Under the pieces are notes generated by a model. That model was not told the DNA's origin and made no database searches. It saw only the letters and a program-made list of their open reading frames with translations. Made by a program: the position numbers and the translations under genes. 64,000 bases of DNA from positions 102,982,001 to 103,046,000 of the forward strand of contig OZ024742.1 in assembly GCA_964016885.1 (NCBI GenBank), read 5' to 3'. Shown one piece after another: positions 13,641 to 27,329 of this stretch (position 1 is its first letter; each line of letters starts with the position of its first letter). Source of the stretch: Eledone cirrhosa (Eukaryota).

Positions 13641-14151
13641 TCTTATGCCAGGGAACGTCTTCACGAACCAAAGTATCGTCTTCCTGTTTTCCTTCGGTTG
13701 CAACGTTTTTCGAAATATTTACATCTGCGTTCATAGATTGATTTTTTTAGTTTAAGAAGATCCCGTTAAGGTTGAAAGCAGCGATTCTTTGCTTAAACAT
13801 TAATATGTTATTTTAATATAGATATTCGTCTACAGATATTTTTTCATACACAAAAACAAAATATAAACAAACAAGGCCAACGATTACATCAGTTACTCTT
13901 AGTGTACTTCATACTGCTTTTAGGTAAAAGATCCCGTTAAGGGTGAAAGCAGTGATTCTTTGCCTAAACTTTAATCTGTTATGTTAATATATATATATAT
14001 ATAAAATTATATATTCGTGTACAGATATTTTTGCATACACAATAACAAAATAAAACAAACGTATTTATTTCACGAGGCTCGATAAGGATAAACATATCAA
14101 ATATATAAAACCCTAGAGCAAATCCCGAGCAACGCCGGGCAATTCTGCTAG
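13290..14151 (+). mobile_element. Non-autonomous Helitron containing family-B fragments
   Basis: 5' tatataaaacagaggatgtctgtctgtgtg as in the 48383 element; 3' hairpin cccgagcaacgccggg followed by CTAG|T. Confidence 0.7.
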
Positions 14152-14469
14152 TATATATATTTATATATATATCATTTATTTTATATATATATTTATATAT
14201 ATATATCATTTATTTTTATTATTTATCATTTATATTATCATTTATTTTGTTTGACCTGTTTAGCTTGATTTGTTTTGGGGCTTAGGTGGTTAATGCCTTC
14301 TTGACCACTTTTTCAGTTTGTATGGCGTTTTAACATATTCTTTAGCTCTAATTTTCTTAACTATTGGAGCGCTTGCCAGCATTTCTACGATTTTGCGTTT
14401 CGTTTCGCTTTTTCTACCAGCCGAAATACGATTCTCGCTGAATTTATATTTATATATATTTATATATAT

Positions 14470-16060
14470 AGGAAAAAGTAATATAATTAAATTTTGATTA
14501 ACTTCGGGTTGATGAAAATCTTAAGTCTTTTCTTTCTCATGTTTGCAGACATTTTAAATATGATATTATACTATAATATAGATCCTTAAATTTTTAAATT
14601 ATATAGCTTAGATATTTGACACTTATAGGATCGCAAACCATTCATTTATTTATTTTGAATCTGTGTTTTATGTTTTAGGATTCATGAAGTTTGATTTGTA
14701 TATTTATAGAATATATGTATTACATGATCCTAGCTGAATAATTTTTAAAATATAATAATTGACGTAAAACTTTATTTTTAACACTATTAACAGTAATTAT
14801 ATTTATTATATTATATATAACTGACTAATATCGTCTTAAACTTTAAACAATGTACTCTTTGTATAAATTTAGACAAATGCGTATATCTAGTTTAATAATA
14901 TCCTTTTTAAGTATACTTATAAGGCCTTTGGATACTTAAGGGCCTTCTAATTTTAATTTAAAATTGTTAAAGTTATAATTGTAATTACTTTCTAAATTAT
15001 ATAATGATTATCTCTTTAATATAAAATTTTTTTAATATAATTTAATTTGGATTACCTTCGGGATGAAGAAAATATTAAGTCTCTTCTTTCTCATGTTTGC
15101 AAATACTTTAAATATGATATTATACTATAATATAAATACTTATAAATCTTATAGCCTGAAATATTATGCCTTTAGATTTATTCACTATTTTGAACTAACA
15201 TAAAGATTCGAAATTTAACGGTCATCCGAATACGATGGGATATATATAATTGATTAATAGACTATTTCTAATTAACTTAAGGATTCGAAAATAAACCCTC
15301 ATATAACTACACCCAGATATATTTGATATTTTGATTGATTGATTATTTCTAGATAATTTAACGATTCGAAATTATTCATTCAGAAAGCTATGCCCAAATA
15401 TATATTTATTTATATATATATTTTTGCATCATCTAACTATACGCTATTTATCCACGACAATACAAATCTCCCTCCCTATGCTTTATACTATAAAAATTAT
15501 GTTCTCCTCGTCTCTCTATCCTTAATCAATTTTCTTTTGCTTTCGTACATAAGATATTTCTATACTTCTAATCACTCTCTTTTTCCTCATCTGTTTCTCT
15601 CTCTGTCTTTCACTTCTTCTTTCTTCAATAATTTAAATTATTTAAATCTCTAACAGATATGTAAGTTTGTATTATATTAGTAGTTGTTTATTATTATGTA
15701 TCTTTATAAGCTTTCTCACACGCACCCTCTGTATTATATGTAATTTTTTCATGTCTCAATCTTAAGGTATATAAATATTGAGTTTTGTCCTATCTTATTC
15801 ACTGCCATGACTGAATTTTAACCATCTACTTAGTCAGAGTATGTCATGCATCATCTTATTTTATCTGATGAGGACTTACTGTTGAAGATAGCTCAGTACC
15901 TCTGAAATATGTATAATCAAATATACTTGATCATACGACTGTCTATTTTTGTTAATATTTTGAATTAATATTAATAACTCCGGAAAACCAATACTGTGGA
16001 GTGCTTCTAATTTATTGTAAAACTTTATTCTTTGATTTATTCATTGAACTTTGTTTAACC
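14470..16060 (+). mobile_element. AT-rich decayed element with internal direct repeat and HHR-like pLTR end
   Basis: cttcggg.tga.gaaaat.ttaagtct..tctttctcatgtttgca repeated at ~14502 and ~15056; CTGATGA(15865)...GAAATATGTATA related to the 21171-21235 HHR; flanked by (TA)n. Confidence 0.5.
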
Positions 16061-16062
16061 TT

Positions 16063-16117
<55 letters not shown>

Positions 16118-16149
16118 CTATATCTGTATAAATACAGAGTATATATTAT

Positions 16150-16360
16150 GTCCTTGAGCATGACACTTTATTTCATATTACTCAATCCAGTCAAATACCT
16201 GTAATTTAAAGAGCCAGCTTTGTCACACACTTACTCTCAATCTCCCTGAGAACTATGTTAAGAGTATGCGTGTCTGTGGAATGCTCAGTCACTTACTCGT
16301 TAATTTCAGGAGTAGATTATTTCACTGATCAAATCAAATCGTCGTCAGAATCGATGAAGC
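16150..16360 (-). mobile_element. SINE (second cephalopod family, same as 38660-38950)
   Basis: tacctgtaattt...tgtcacac...aatctccctgagaactatgttaag...gtggaatgctcag shared with 38660, 46930, 53980 and 59500 regions; orientation approximate. Confidence 0.45.
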
Positions 16361-16364
16361 TCTA

Positions 16365-16761
16365 ACACACACACTCATACATATACACACATACATATAT
16401 ACACACACGCATACATATATACACACACACATATATACACACACACATGCATACCTACACACATACACACGCATACATATGCACACACACACACGCATAC
16501 ATATACACACACGCGTAAACATATGCACACACACGCGTATATATATGCACACACACGCGTATACATATATACACACACACACACGCATACTTATACACAC
16601 ACACATACATATGCACACACACGTATACCTATATACACACACATACATGCGCATACATATACACACACACATACATGCGCATACATATACACACGCATAC
16701 CTATACACACACGCACATACCTACACACACACGCATACATACACACACACACATACATATT

Positions 16762-16797
<36 letters not shown>

Positions 16798-17045
16798 TAT
16801 ACACATGCATACCTATACACACACACGCATACCTACACACGACACATACATACATACACACACACGCATACATATGCATACACACACGCATACATATACA
16901 CACACATACATACACACACATACGAGCGCATACCTATACACACACACGCATACATATGCACACACACGTATACATATACACACACACACGCACGCATACC
17001 TATACACACACACGCATACCTACACACACACACATATACACACAC
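16365..17045. repeat. Degenerate (CA)n/CATA/CGCA microsatellite
   Basis: Visible simple repeats. Confidence 0.95.
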
Positions 17046-17499
17046 CTGCTTTTAATTATTCACAGGTAACACGCATGTGTATCGTTCTCTCTTTTTTTGA
17101 CCTCGACTAGTTTTGAACTCAAAATTCAATGGACCGTAACTAAATACTAAATGTACCTCATTAATTTTGACTGACAATCTAACGATTCTGTCAGTCTGCC
17201 GAACCTAACACGACATGGACAAATGGGGCGGTGAGTGGGTGATGTTTTAACTTTTCCTTTCATTTTCCTGGGATCGATAGAATAAGCACCTGTGAAGTAC
17301 AGCGGCTAATTTAATATTTCTATATAGCTTCCTTCGTGTGAAAGGAATTAAAATAGATTATTCTAAGTGTGACATATATTCGTTTTAGCGTGGATTTTTT
17401 TAAAATTTCAGCCTCAAACACCCTCTTCTTTAGAAACCAGTTTTCGGATTTTTTTTTGTTTTTAACATCATTGATGTAGTAGATGAAAAAAATGAAATG

Positions 17500-18265
17500 G
17501 AAATAATTATTTCTACTTTTGGTACAAGGCCAGCAATTATCCCAGTGTATTACTGGTACTTTGTTTTATCGACCCTGTAAGGATGAAAGGTAAAGTTAAC
17601 CTCGGCGGGATTCGAACTCAAACTCTAAAGGGCCGTAACTCTATGCTGCAAAGCATGGCGTCCGACCCTCTACTGATACTGCCAATAATAATGATTTCTA
17701 GTATAGGCACAAGGCCAGTAATTTGGGGTCAGGGGAAAGTCGACCCCAGTACGTTTCTGGTGCTTTATTTTATCGACCCCGTGAGGATGAAAAGCAAAGT
17801 TAATCTCGGCGGGATTTGAACTCAAACCGTAAAGAGCCGTAACTCTAAGCTGCAAAGCATGGCGTCCGACCCTCTACCGATACTACCAATAATAATAATA
17901 ATAATAATTCTTTCTAGCATTAACACAAGGCCAGCAATTTGAGGGAAGAGGAAAGTTGATTATATCAACCCAGTATCTTCTTCTGTTCCCGTAACTCCCG
18001 ATAGAGTTATAGGGGTGCCTTTCTTGGGCATTTTAAAGCCTGAGTACAGCAGATTTCTTCCAGAGAAAGCTAGAAAGTGAGAAAGAGGAAATGAGAAATA
18101 GATATAGAGGAAGAATCGACTCCAGTACTTGACTGGTACTTTTTATCGACCTCGAAAGGATGAAAGGCAAAGTTGACCTCGGTGGCATTTGAACTCAGAG
18201 AGCCTGGACAAATACCGCAACGCATTCTATCCAACGTTCTAACCACTCTGCCAATTCGTCCCCTA
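17500..18265 (-). mobile_element. Cluster of three to four SINE copies
   Basis: Repeated ggcacaaggccagcaatt...tttatcgacccc..aggatgaaagg.aaagttaacctcggcgggatttgaactca. Confidence 0.75.
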
Positions 18266-18339
18266 TCAACCTAGTATGTTTTTTTTTTATTTACTTACCC
18301 AAGCAAAGCAATAAAGTCACTACAATGCAAGGGGTTACT

Positions 18340-18550
18340 GAGAAGGAAAAAAAAACATAATTCTAGAATGACGATTGATATTGCTTTTGAATTTTTTGCA
18401 AATTGTAAGTGGCCAGGAAAGAAGCCGGAAGAGAATTCCAGAGGCAAGTTGTGTGAGGGAAGAAACTATCAGAATAAAATTTCCGATTGCGTTTTGGAAT
18501 TTCACGTTCAACTGTGAATGGATGAAACCGACAATCTGGTGCTCCGTCTA
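18340..18550 (-). mobile_element. 3' fragment of CR1/Jockey-group LINE
   Basis: Minus-strand translation HPFTVEREIPKRNRKFYSDSFFPHTTCLWNSLP, the typical SFFPRTxxxWNxLP terminus. Confidence 0.65.
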
Positions 18551-18671
18551 AACTTGTGAAAATAAGGCAACAAGAACTGTATCCGATGCTCTCATGGTTC
18601 TGTCAATACATTGCCCTAAAAATATTTGTTTTTTTTTAAATAAAAAATGATGTTGTTTTAGTTTCAATTTG

Positions 18672-19200
18672 AATACAGTTGGCTTTCCATCACAACTGGA
18701 GCCAGCATGCCTTGACCGCAGAGATGGCAAGTGTCCCGATGGAATCACCCTCTACCCATTTAAAGGAGGTAGATCCCTCATCAGGGGTGTCACCTGTTGC
18801 GACAGGTTCTCCGCCTCCAACTTAGTCGCGTCGGCCACAAACCCCGGTACTGCGACTCCCCTTGCAGAGGAAAGGAAAATAAACAAATACCGGGGATTGT
18901 CCGGCCGATTCCTCTTCGCACCGGTCGCCGTCGAGATCTCAGGCATACTTGGACCCCCGTCCAGACGAGCTCCTCCACAAAATCGGAACGTCGGCGGCCC
19001 GTCTGAGTAAGGAGCCTCGCGAGGTGGGTTGTCTGTTGCAGCGGGTATCGTTGGCCATTGTCCGTGGGAATGCTTTTGCGGTCTTGTCCCCAGGGCGCAG
19101 CCCCTTTACTGCTCAACCATCCTCCCCCTAGAACCCAATCATCCTCCCCCTTCTTCTGTGACACTAAAGTATTTGCCATTCCTTCGCCTTTCCGTTTCTT
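18672..19200 (+). mobile_element. CRE-like RLE domain fragment (family B)
   Basis: GFPSQLEPACLDRRDGKCPDGITLYPFKGGRSL...KINKYRGLSGRFLFAPVAVEISG...LQRVSLAIVRGNA. Confidence 0.85.
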
Positions 19201-19748
19201 TTTCTTTTTCCCTTTTTTCTTTATATTTTCTCATTTTATATTCCATTCTTCTCAATGTAAATTTTCTTTTTTTTCTTTTTCTATTGAACTGTATCTACAT
19301 GATATATTCCACAAAAGAAAAAAATCTTCTCCATTTATTAAAGATGAAATTATAAATGCCAATAAAATATATTTATACACTTCAATAGCAATAAATATAT
19401 AAATAATAAGAGCTACTGCTGTAAAACTCTTAACCTTAACCCATTTCTGATTTTAAAGATGTACTGTATAAAGAAGACATCTGCTGATCCACCCGAAGAC
19501 CAAAGTCTAGCAACAGACCTGCCTAAGTCGCCGGTGCCTTCAGCTAGGTTCAAAACATAGAAATCTGATTTTTTTGTTGTAATTATGTAATGATAAAATT
19601 TTATAATTCATGAAAACTTAACTAGTCCTTTATTTTATCTCCTCCAAAAGGATGAAATGCAAAGTTGACCTCGGCTGGATTTGAACTCAGATGTTAAAAG
19701 CCTGAACTAAATGTTACGAGCATTCAAACGAAAATCTAGAATCTAAAA

Positions 19749-20092
19749 CAAAGGTTCTCAAAGTGGGTGCTACCCCGGCGTTGAAAAGGTCCAGGGGGGC
19801 GCTGGGACCTAAGGGTGCGGTACAGATGATACAATAGTATATTAAATATCAAATGCATATTATATATAAATATCAAATACATATTATATATAAATATTGT
19901 AAAATAAAAAAATATATATATTTATTCATAGTATATATTATATTATTTATATATGAATTAGCGATTTTTTTAATCATATATTATTTACAATTTGCATGTA
20001 GGCAGGTCATTCTGGAAATAGGGATGGCGGTGCGCTGAGGGTATTACGTGGCCACGAGGGGGGCAGTAATCTAAAAAGTTTCAGAACCTCTG
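19749..20092. mobile_element. hAT (Charlie-like) MITE
   Basis: TIRs caaaggttctcaaa / tttcagaacctctg; 8-bp TSD atctaaaa / atctaaag. Confidence 0.8.
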
Positions 20093-20412
20093 ATCTAAAG
20101 CAACATCAGTTGCATCCTTGAAAAGTCCTGCCCTCACCCTAACTAATGGGTTATTTTCTAGAACGGTACATTAATGTTTCAACGAGAATTGGCTGCTGTT
20201 TCTAGCATGACAAGCGACCACATAGACATTCCTTCTTTAGCTGGTATGTTATTTATTTAAGTGATGGCGAGACTGGTGGTTGTCATATTTAATGAGGTGA
20301 GTGATATCAGTTCAAAAAGACTATGTATGCACTTATATGGCATATGTATAAGTACATGTACTTAGACTGATCTATTTAGAGAACTTTGTGCAACTGTCTC
20401 AGTTGTAGTAAT

Positions 20413-20592
<180 letters not shown>

Positions 20593-20594
20593 TG

Positions 20595-20837
20595 ATCATG
20601 CTTTATTTTTATTTTTTATCTTTATTTGTTATTTTTTCATTCGCACCGTTTCCTTTCGCTATATGTCTCTCCACCACTCCCCTACACACCTTTTGAACTC
20701 TGTTCCCACACACTTCTCACCTGAGAAAGGGCTTATGCCCGAAACGTCGTCCCCCACCTACCCCCACTCTCCTGAGCGTGAAATTAATAAACATTTATTG
20801 TACTGCCTCTCTGTTTTGTCCCTGTTCAAATTTTTCC

Positions 20838-20840
<3 letters not shown>
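20595..20840 (+). mobile_element. pLTR-like element with degenerate HHR (family C) in (TA)n
   Basis: CTGAGAAA-GGGC-TTAT-GCCC-GAAAC-GTC-GTC at 20721-20751 then AATAAA; tail repeated at 21520-21608 (+) and ~31855-31930 (-). Confidence 0.55.
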
Positions 20841-20884
<44 letters not shown>

Positions 20885-20955
20885 CTTGCTGAGTGCTTTA
20901 TATCAGTTATAAAACTTTTAAGCTTGCTGAATACCAACAAATTAAATATAACTTT

Positions 20956-21022
<67 letters not shown>

Positions 21023-21068
21023 TATAATATATAATATATATAATATATATAATATATATATATAATAT

Positions 21069-21111
<43 letters not shown>

Positions 21112-21170
21112 TTATATATATATATGTGTATATATTAAAATATAAGTATTAATAAAATAGATGTTCTTTT

Positions 21171-21235
21171 GATCATTTTATTATACATATTTCGGATGTA
21201 CAACAGTACGTCCTCATCAGACAAAATATAATGAT
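21171..21235 (-). ncRNA. Type I hammerhead ribozyme (family D)
   Basis: AUUUUGU-CUGAUGA-GGAcGUAC-UGUU-GUACaUCC-GAAA-UAUGUAUA-AUAAAAU: complete core with stems I, II and minimal III. Confidence 0.75.
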
Positions 21236-21303
21236 ACATGACATACCCTGAGATGTTAAATGGTTAAGATTTAATCATTGAATATTGTTTAACAACTTAA
21301 TAC

Positions 21304-21349
<46 letters not shown>

Positions 21350-21419
21350 TAAATTATGTCCTTAGAATTATTAGATAAAATATATACAATTTCCTCTCCC
21401 AATTAGCATAATTAACCAT

Positions 21420-21518
<99 letters not shown>

Positions 21519-21605
21519 TTCCCACCACCACCCCACTCTCCAGAGCGTGAAATTAATAAACATTCGTTGTACTGCCTCTCTGTTTTGTTCCTGTTCAAAT
21601 TTTCC

Positions 21606-21654
<49 letters not shown>

Positions 21655-21658
<4 letters not shown>

Positions 21659-22140
21659 TAAAATAACAGATTAAAGTTTAAGCAAAGAATCACTGCTTTC
21701 ACCCTTAACGGGATCTTCTGAAACTAACAAAGTCAATATGTGAACGCAGAAGTGAATATTTCAAAAAACGTTGCAACCGGAGGAAGACAGGAAGACGATA
21801 CTTTGGTTCGTGGAAACGTTCCCTGGCAAAGAACGGGAAAAAACGAATATAATACGTCATTAATAGGAGCGGTGAAAAACAATTACACGCAAAGACAAAA
21901 CCACGTTTATGGTATAAAAGAAGTCGTAGACTAATATTCTATTAGGTGGTTCATAGAGACGTTCTCTGGCAATGAACGAAAAAAACGAAGATAATACGTC
22001 ATATGTGGAGCGTGGAGAACAATTGAACGCAAAGACAAAACCATGTAAATGTTTGCTCTACGGTTCTTATATATTTGATATATATTTATCCTTATCGAGC
22101 CCTCTCTGGATTTTAGTCTTAAAATTTATTATTATTACTA
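21655..22140. mobile_element. Family-B fold-back variant with internal ~140-bp tandem repeat
   Basis: Antisense family-B HHR-like region 21655-21810, duplicated ggttcRtRga.acgttc.ctggcaa block, then sense family-B tail; both ends in (TA)n. Confidence 0.6.
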
Positions 22141-22662
22141 TATATATATCATTATCATCATTATTTAACGTTTGTTTTTTCCTACGAGCAAGGGTTCGTC
22201 TGACCATTACACATTTATTACTGAAACGGAGTTTCTCACCTCTCAGACAAACCAGAGGCTTGCTTCTCATATATATAGTGGTTAGATCGTTGAGCAAGAC
22301 ACTTTATTTGTTCCAGTTCAGTGAGCTGTAGAAATGAGTTGAAACGTCACAGGTGCCAAACTGTATCGGCCATTGCCTTTCTTTTGGACAACATCGGTGG
22401 CGTGGGGGGGGGGGGATTGGTATGCATGGGCGACTGCTGGTCATCCACAAACAACTTGCCTAGACTTGTAACTAGGAGGGAAATTTTCTAGGTGCAAATC
22501 CTATTCATTCCTGGCAGAAAGGGGTCTTCGCTCGCTTCACGCTATTTTTCTTGTCCCAATAACTTTATTTAGTTATTGCTCGCACCAACCAGAGGTATAT
22601 GATTTTTAAAGCGATGAAATACCAATGAAGGTTGGAAGATCACTGATGAAGGACTAATTTTA

Positions 22663-24483
<1,821 letters not shown>

Positions 24484-24784
24484 CGATGACCCAGGAATTT
24501 TGTGTCCTTCATTTGTATTTTTATTTTCAAAATACTTTTTTAAGGTTTCCTCTTAAAAAAATTGTTTTTCATTTTGTCTTGTTTTCGTTCATTTTCTTTG
24601 TTGATTTTCCTAAGTTTATATATATACATATATATGAAAAATTCGGGACCCCGACGGCTGAGCTCCACCCGTTTAAACAGCTAGATCCGAGTTCGGATCT
24701 AGCAAAATAAAAAAACAATTTTTTTAAGAGGAAACCTTAAAAAAGTATTTTTTGAAAATAAAAATACAAGGACACAAAATTCCT

Positions 24785-24847
<63 letters not shown>

Positions 24848-24850
<3 letters not shown>

Positions 24851-25058
24851 ATAATAGTAATAATAATAAAATTGAAGACTAAAATCCAAAGAGGGCTCGA
24901 TAAGGAAAATATATATCAAATATATAAGAACCGTAGAGCAAATATTTATTAAAATAACAGATTAAAGTTTAAGCAAAGAATCGCTGCTTTCAGAAGATCC
25001 CGTTAAGGGTGAAAGCAGCGATTCTTTGCTTAAACTTTAATCTGTTATTTTAATAAAT
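24848..25058. mobile_element. Family-B fold-back copy
   Basis: Antisense arm switches to sense arm at tttc microhomology inside the HHR-like motif (~24990). Confidence 0.7.
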
Positions 25059-25352
25059 ATATATATATATATATATATTGTTGTTTACATGATGTGAAAA
25101 GAAAGGGATTTCCACTGCCTCATTACAAAAGCTCTCAACTAGTGTATTTAGCAAAAGATAACTGAACCGTTATCAATCGCATATATGAAACTAGAAGAAT
25201 AATATTATATTAATTCCTGGAGTATTAATAATAAAGGTGAGAAGAATAACACGGATCGGCTTTATATATATATATTATTAATACAGATTAACATTTTCAG
25301 CAAACAATTCCTGCTTTCCCTCTCAAGCAGGATGTTTACCACTATACTACTG

Positions 25353-25421
<69 letters not shown>

Positions 25422-25616
25422 TATAATGGATCTAACATCAAAGTCCGGTTAGGGCATTCCAGCCTGCTGTTTGAGGTCTTATCACCTGCACCAAATACGG
25501 ATTGATTTGTAAATCAGCAGCTGGAAAGACTATTGAACCCTCATACGTCGAATCGACGGGAGAATCCATCACATATATACAAACCACAAGTGTAAGTCAA
25601 CAGGTTAAAATCAACT

Positions 25617-25704
<88 letters not shown>

Positions 25705-25709
<5 letters not shown>

Positions 25710-27120
25710 TTTGAGTATATGTTGGTTGTATACCAACACCTCAATATGCAGATTGAAGCACTCGACGAGCACTCTCCAGAACATGTAGACACCTCTCGGC
25801 CAGACCTCCCTCAAGCTATATGGGCAGTACCAACACCATAGGTTGGCAACTCCCCTCAAGCCATAGGGACCAACCCAGGCTGAGCAGACACCATGACAGC
25901 CTAGAGATTGATTCTGACACAGCCTTTATAATTTAGCCAACATCTTTATAACACACACACATTTTACTTTACTTGATTTTTGATTTTTGATTTCTCATTA
26001 TTCATTTGTTATTTGTTTTCTGTTTTCTTCACTTTATCACCTTATATTTATATTTAAGTTGAGATTGGTTATAACACACACATTTTATTTGACTATCCTA
26101 TTTCGCTTTATTCTTTTACCATCTTGTTCCTCCTACCACTTTATCCAACATATTTCTGACCTTGAGATTGGTTATAGCACACACACATTTTATCTTATTT
26201 TATTTGAATCTTCATTTTATTTTCACTTTTCATTTTCATTTTTCATTTCCCATTTTCATTTTTCATTACTTTTTCATTAATTTTTCATTTATTCTCTATT
26301 TATTATTTATTTTCTGTTTTCTTCATTTTATTGCCTTCTATTTCTTCATATACATGGCAGAACCCCCACCACCACGGGAGATGGTGGCAGGAGGGATGAA
26401 GAAACACACACACAGATACTTCTAAATTGTCAGCAGCAGCAAGACATAAGCTGACCACAACACCAACAACACTACCAAAATAAGGGTAGAGGTCAGATGT
26501 ACTTAACAATAGCAAACACAAACACTACAGGGAGCCTCACCCCAGAAAGAATTTCTATAGACTTTGGACTGAGGAATGCTCTCAAAACAGACCAATGGGA
26601 AGAGTGACCTTACAAATCTTTATAACATTGAGATGGGTATAACACACACACACACATTTTATTCGATTATTTTATTTTATTTTGTTCCTTTACCATCTTA
26701 TTCCTTCTACCACTTTATCATTTTTTTTAGCTGACTCCAACAACAACACCACTACCAACATAAGAATAGAGGTCAGATGTACCTAACAATAACAAGAACA
26801 ACAACTACAGATTGGCTTGCCTCAGAACGAATTTCTATAGACTTTTGACTGAGTAATGTTCTAACAACTGACCAATGAGAGAAGAGGCCCTTTGACGCTG
26901 AAATTCGTTTGTTTAAATTCATATGATTCCAGTTCCTCAGTGAACCCAACCAGGAACTGGGCATATCAGAGTATTGACAAAGTTTTACACCTCAACAACA
27001 TGTGTACTCGTCTCTACCACACTAATTCGGACTGAAGAGGTCACAGCCAAAGATGGCTGTCACCGAAATATATATAGCAGTAATAAACGAAGCCAAATTT
27101 TAAACATTTGACTTATTTAT
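25705..27120 (+). mobile_element. Decayed Penelope-like element 3' part with internal duplications and HHR (family E)
   Basis: Stop-ridden GIY-YIG-like terminus ISIDF*LSNVLTTDQ*EKRPFDAEIRL...PNQELGISEY* (26770-27025, partly duplicated at 26445-26610); HHR at 27032 then AATAAA. Confidence 0.5.
27025..27080 (+). ncRNA. Hammerhead ribozyme motif (family E), stem I degenerate
   Basis: CUGAAGA-GGUcACAGCCA-AAGA-UGGCUGUcACC-GAAA-UAUAUAUA. Confidence 0.6.
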
Positions 27121-27329
27121 TTTATTTTATTTTATATATATATATATATCATCATAGAGAGAGAAGTACATATACAGATATGTGTTCAATCATATGGTTT
27201 TTGATCCCCTATGATTGAATACATATCTCTGTGTACTTCTCTCGATATGCTGATTTATAAAGAGCCCGGAATCTATACCTTGAGCTCATTAAATCATAGA
27301 CAATGAATGTGAGTCTTTAACTCCATTCA

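Noticed and set aside
26770-27025. TGA codons at apparent Trp positions suggesting an alternative genetic code
   Set aside because: The duplicated segment at 26540-26610 has TGG/GGA at the same sites, so these are ordinary decay mutations.
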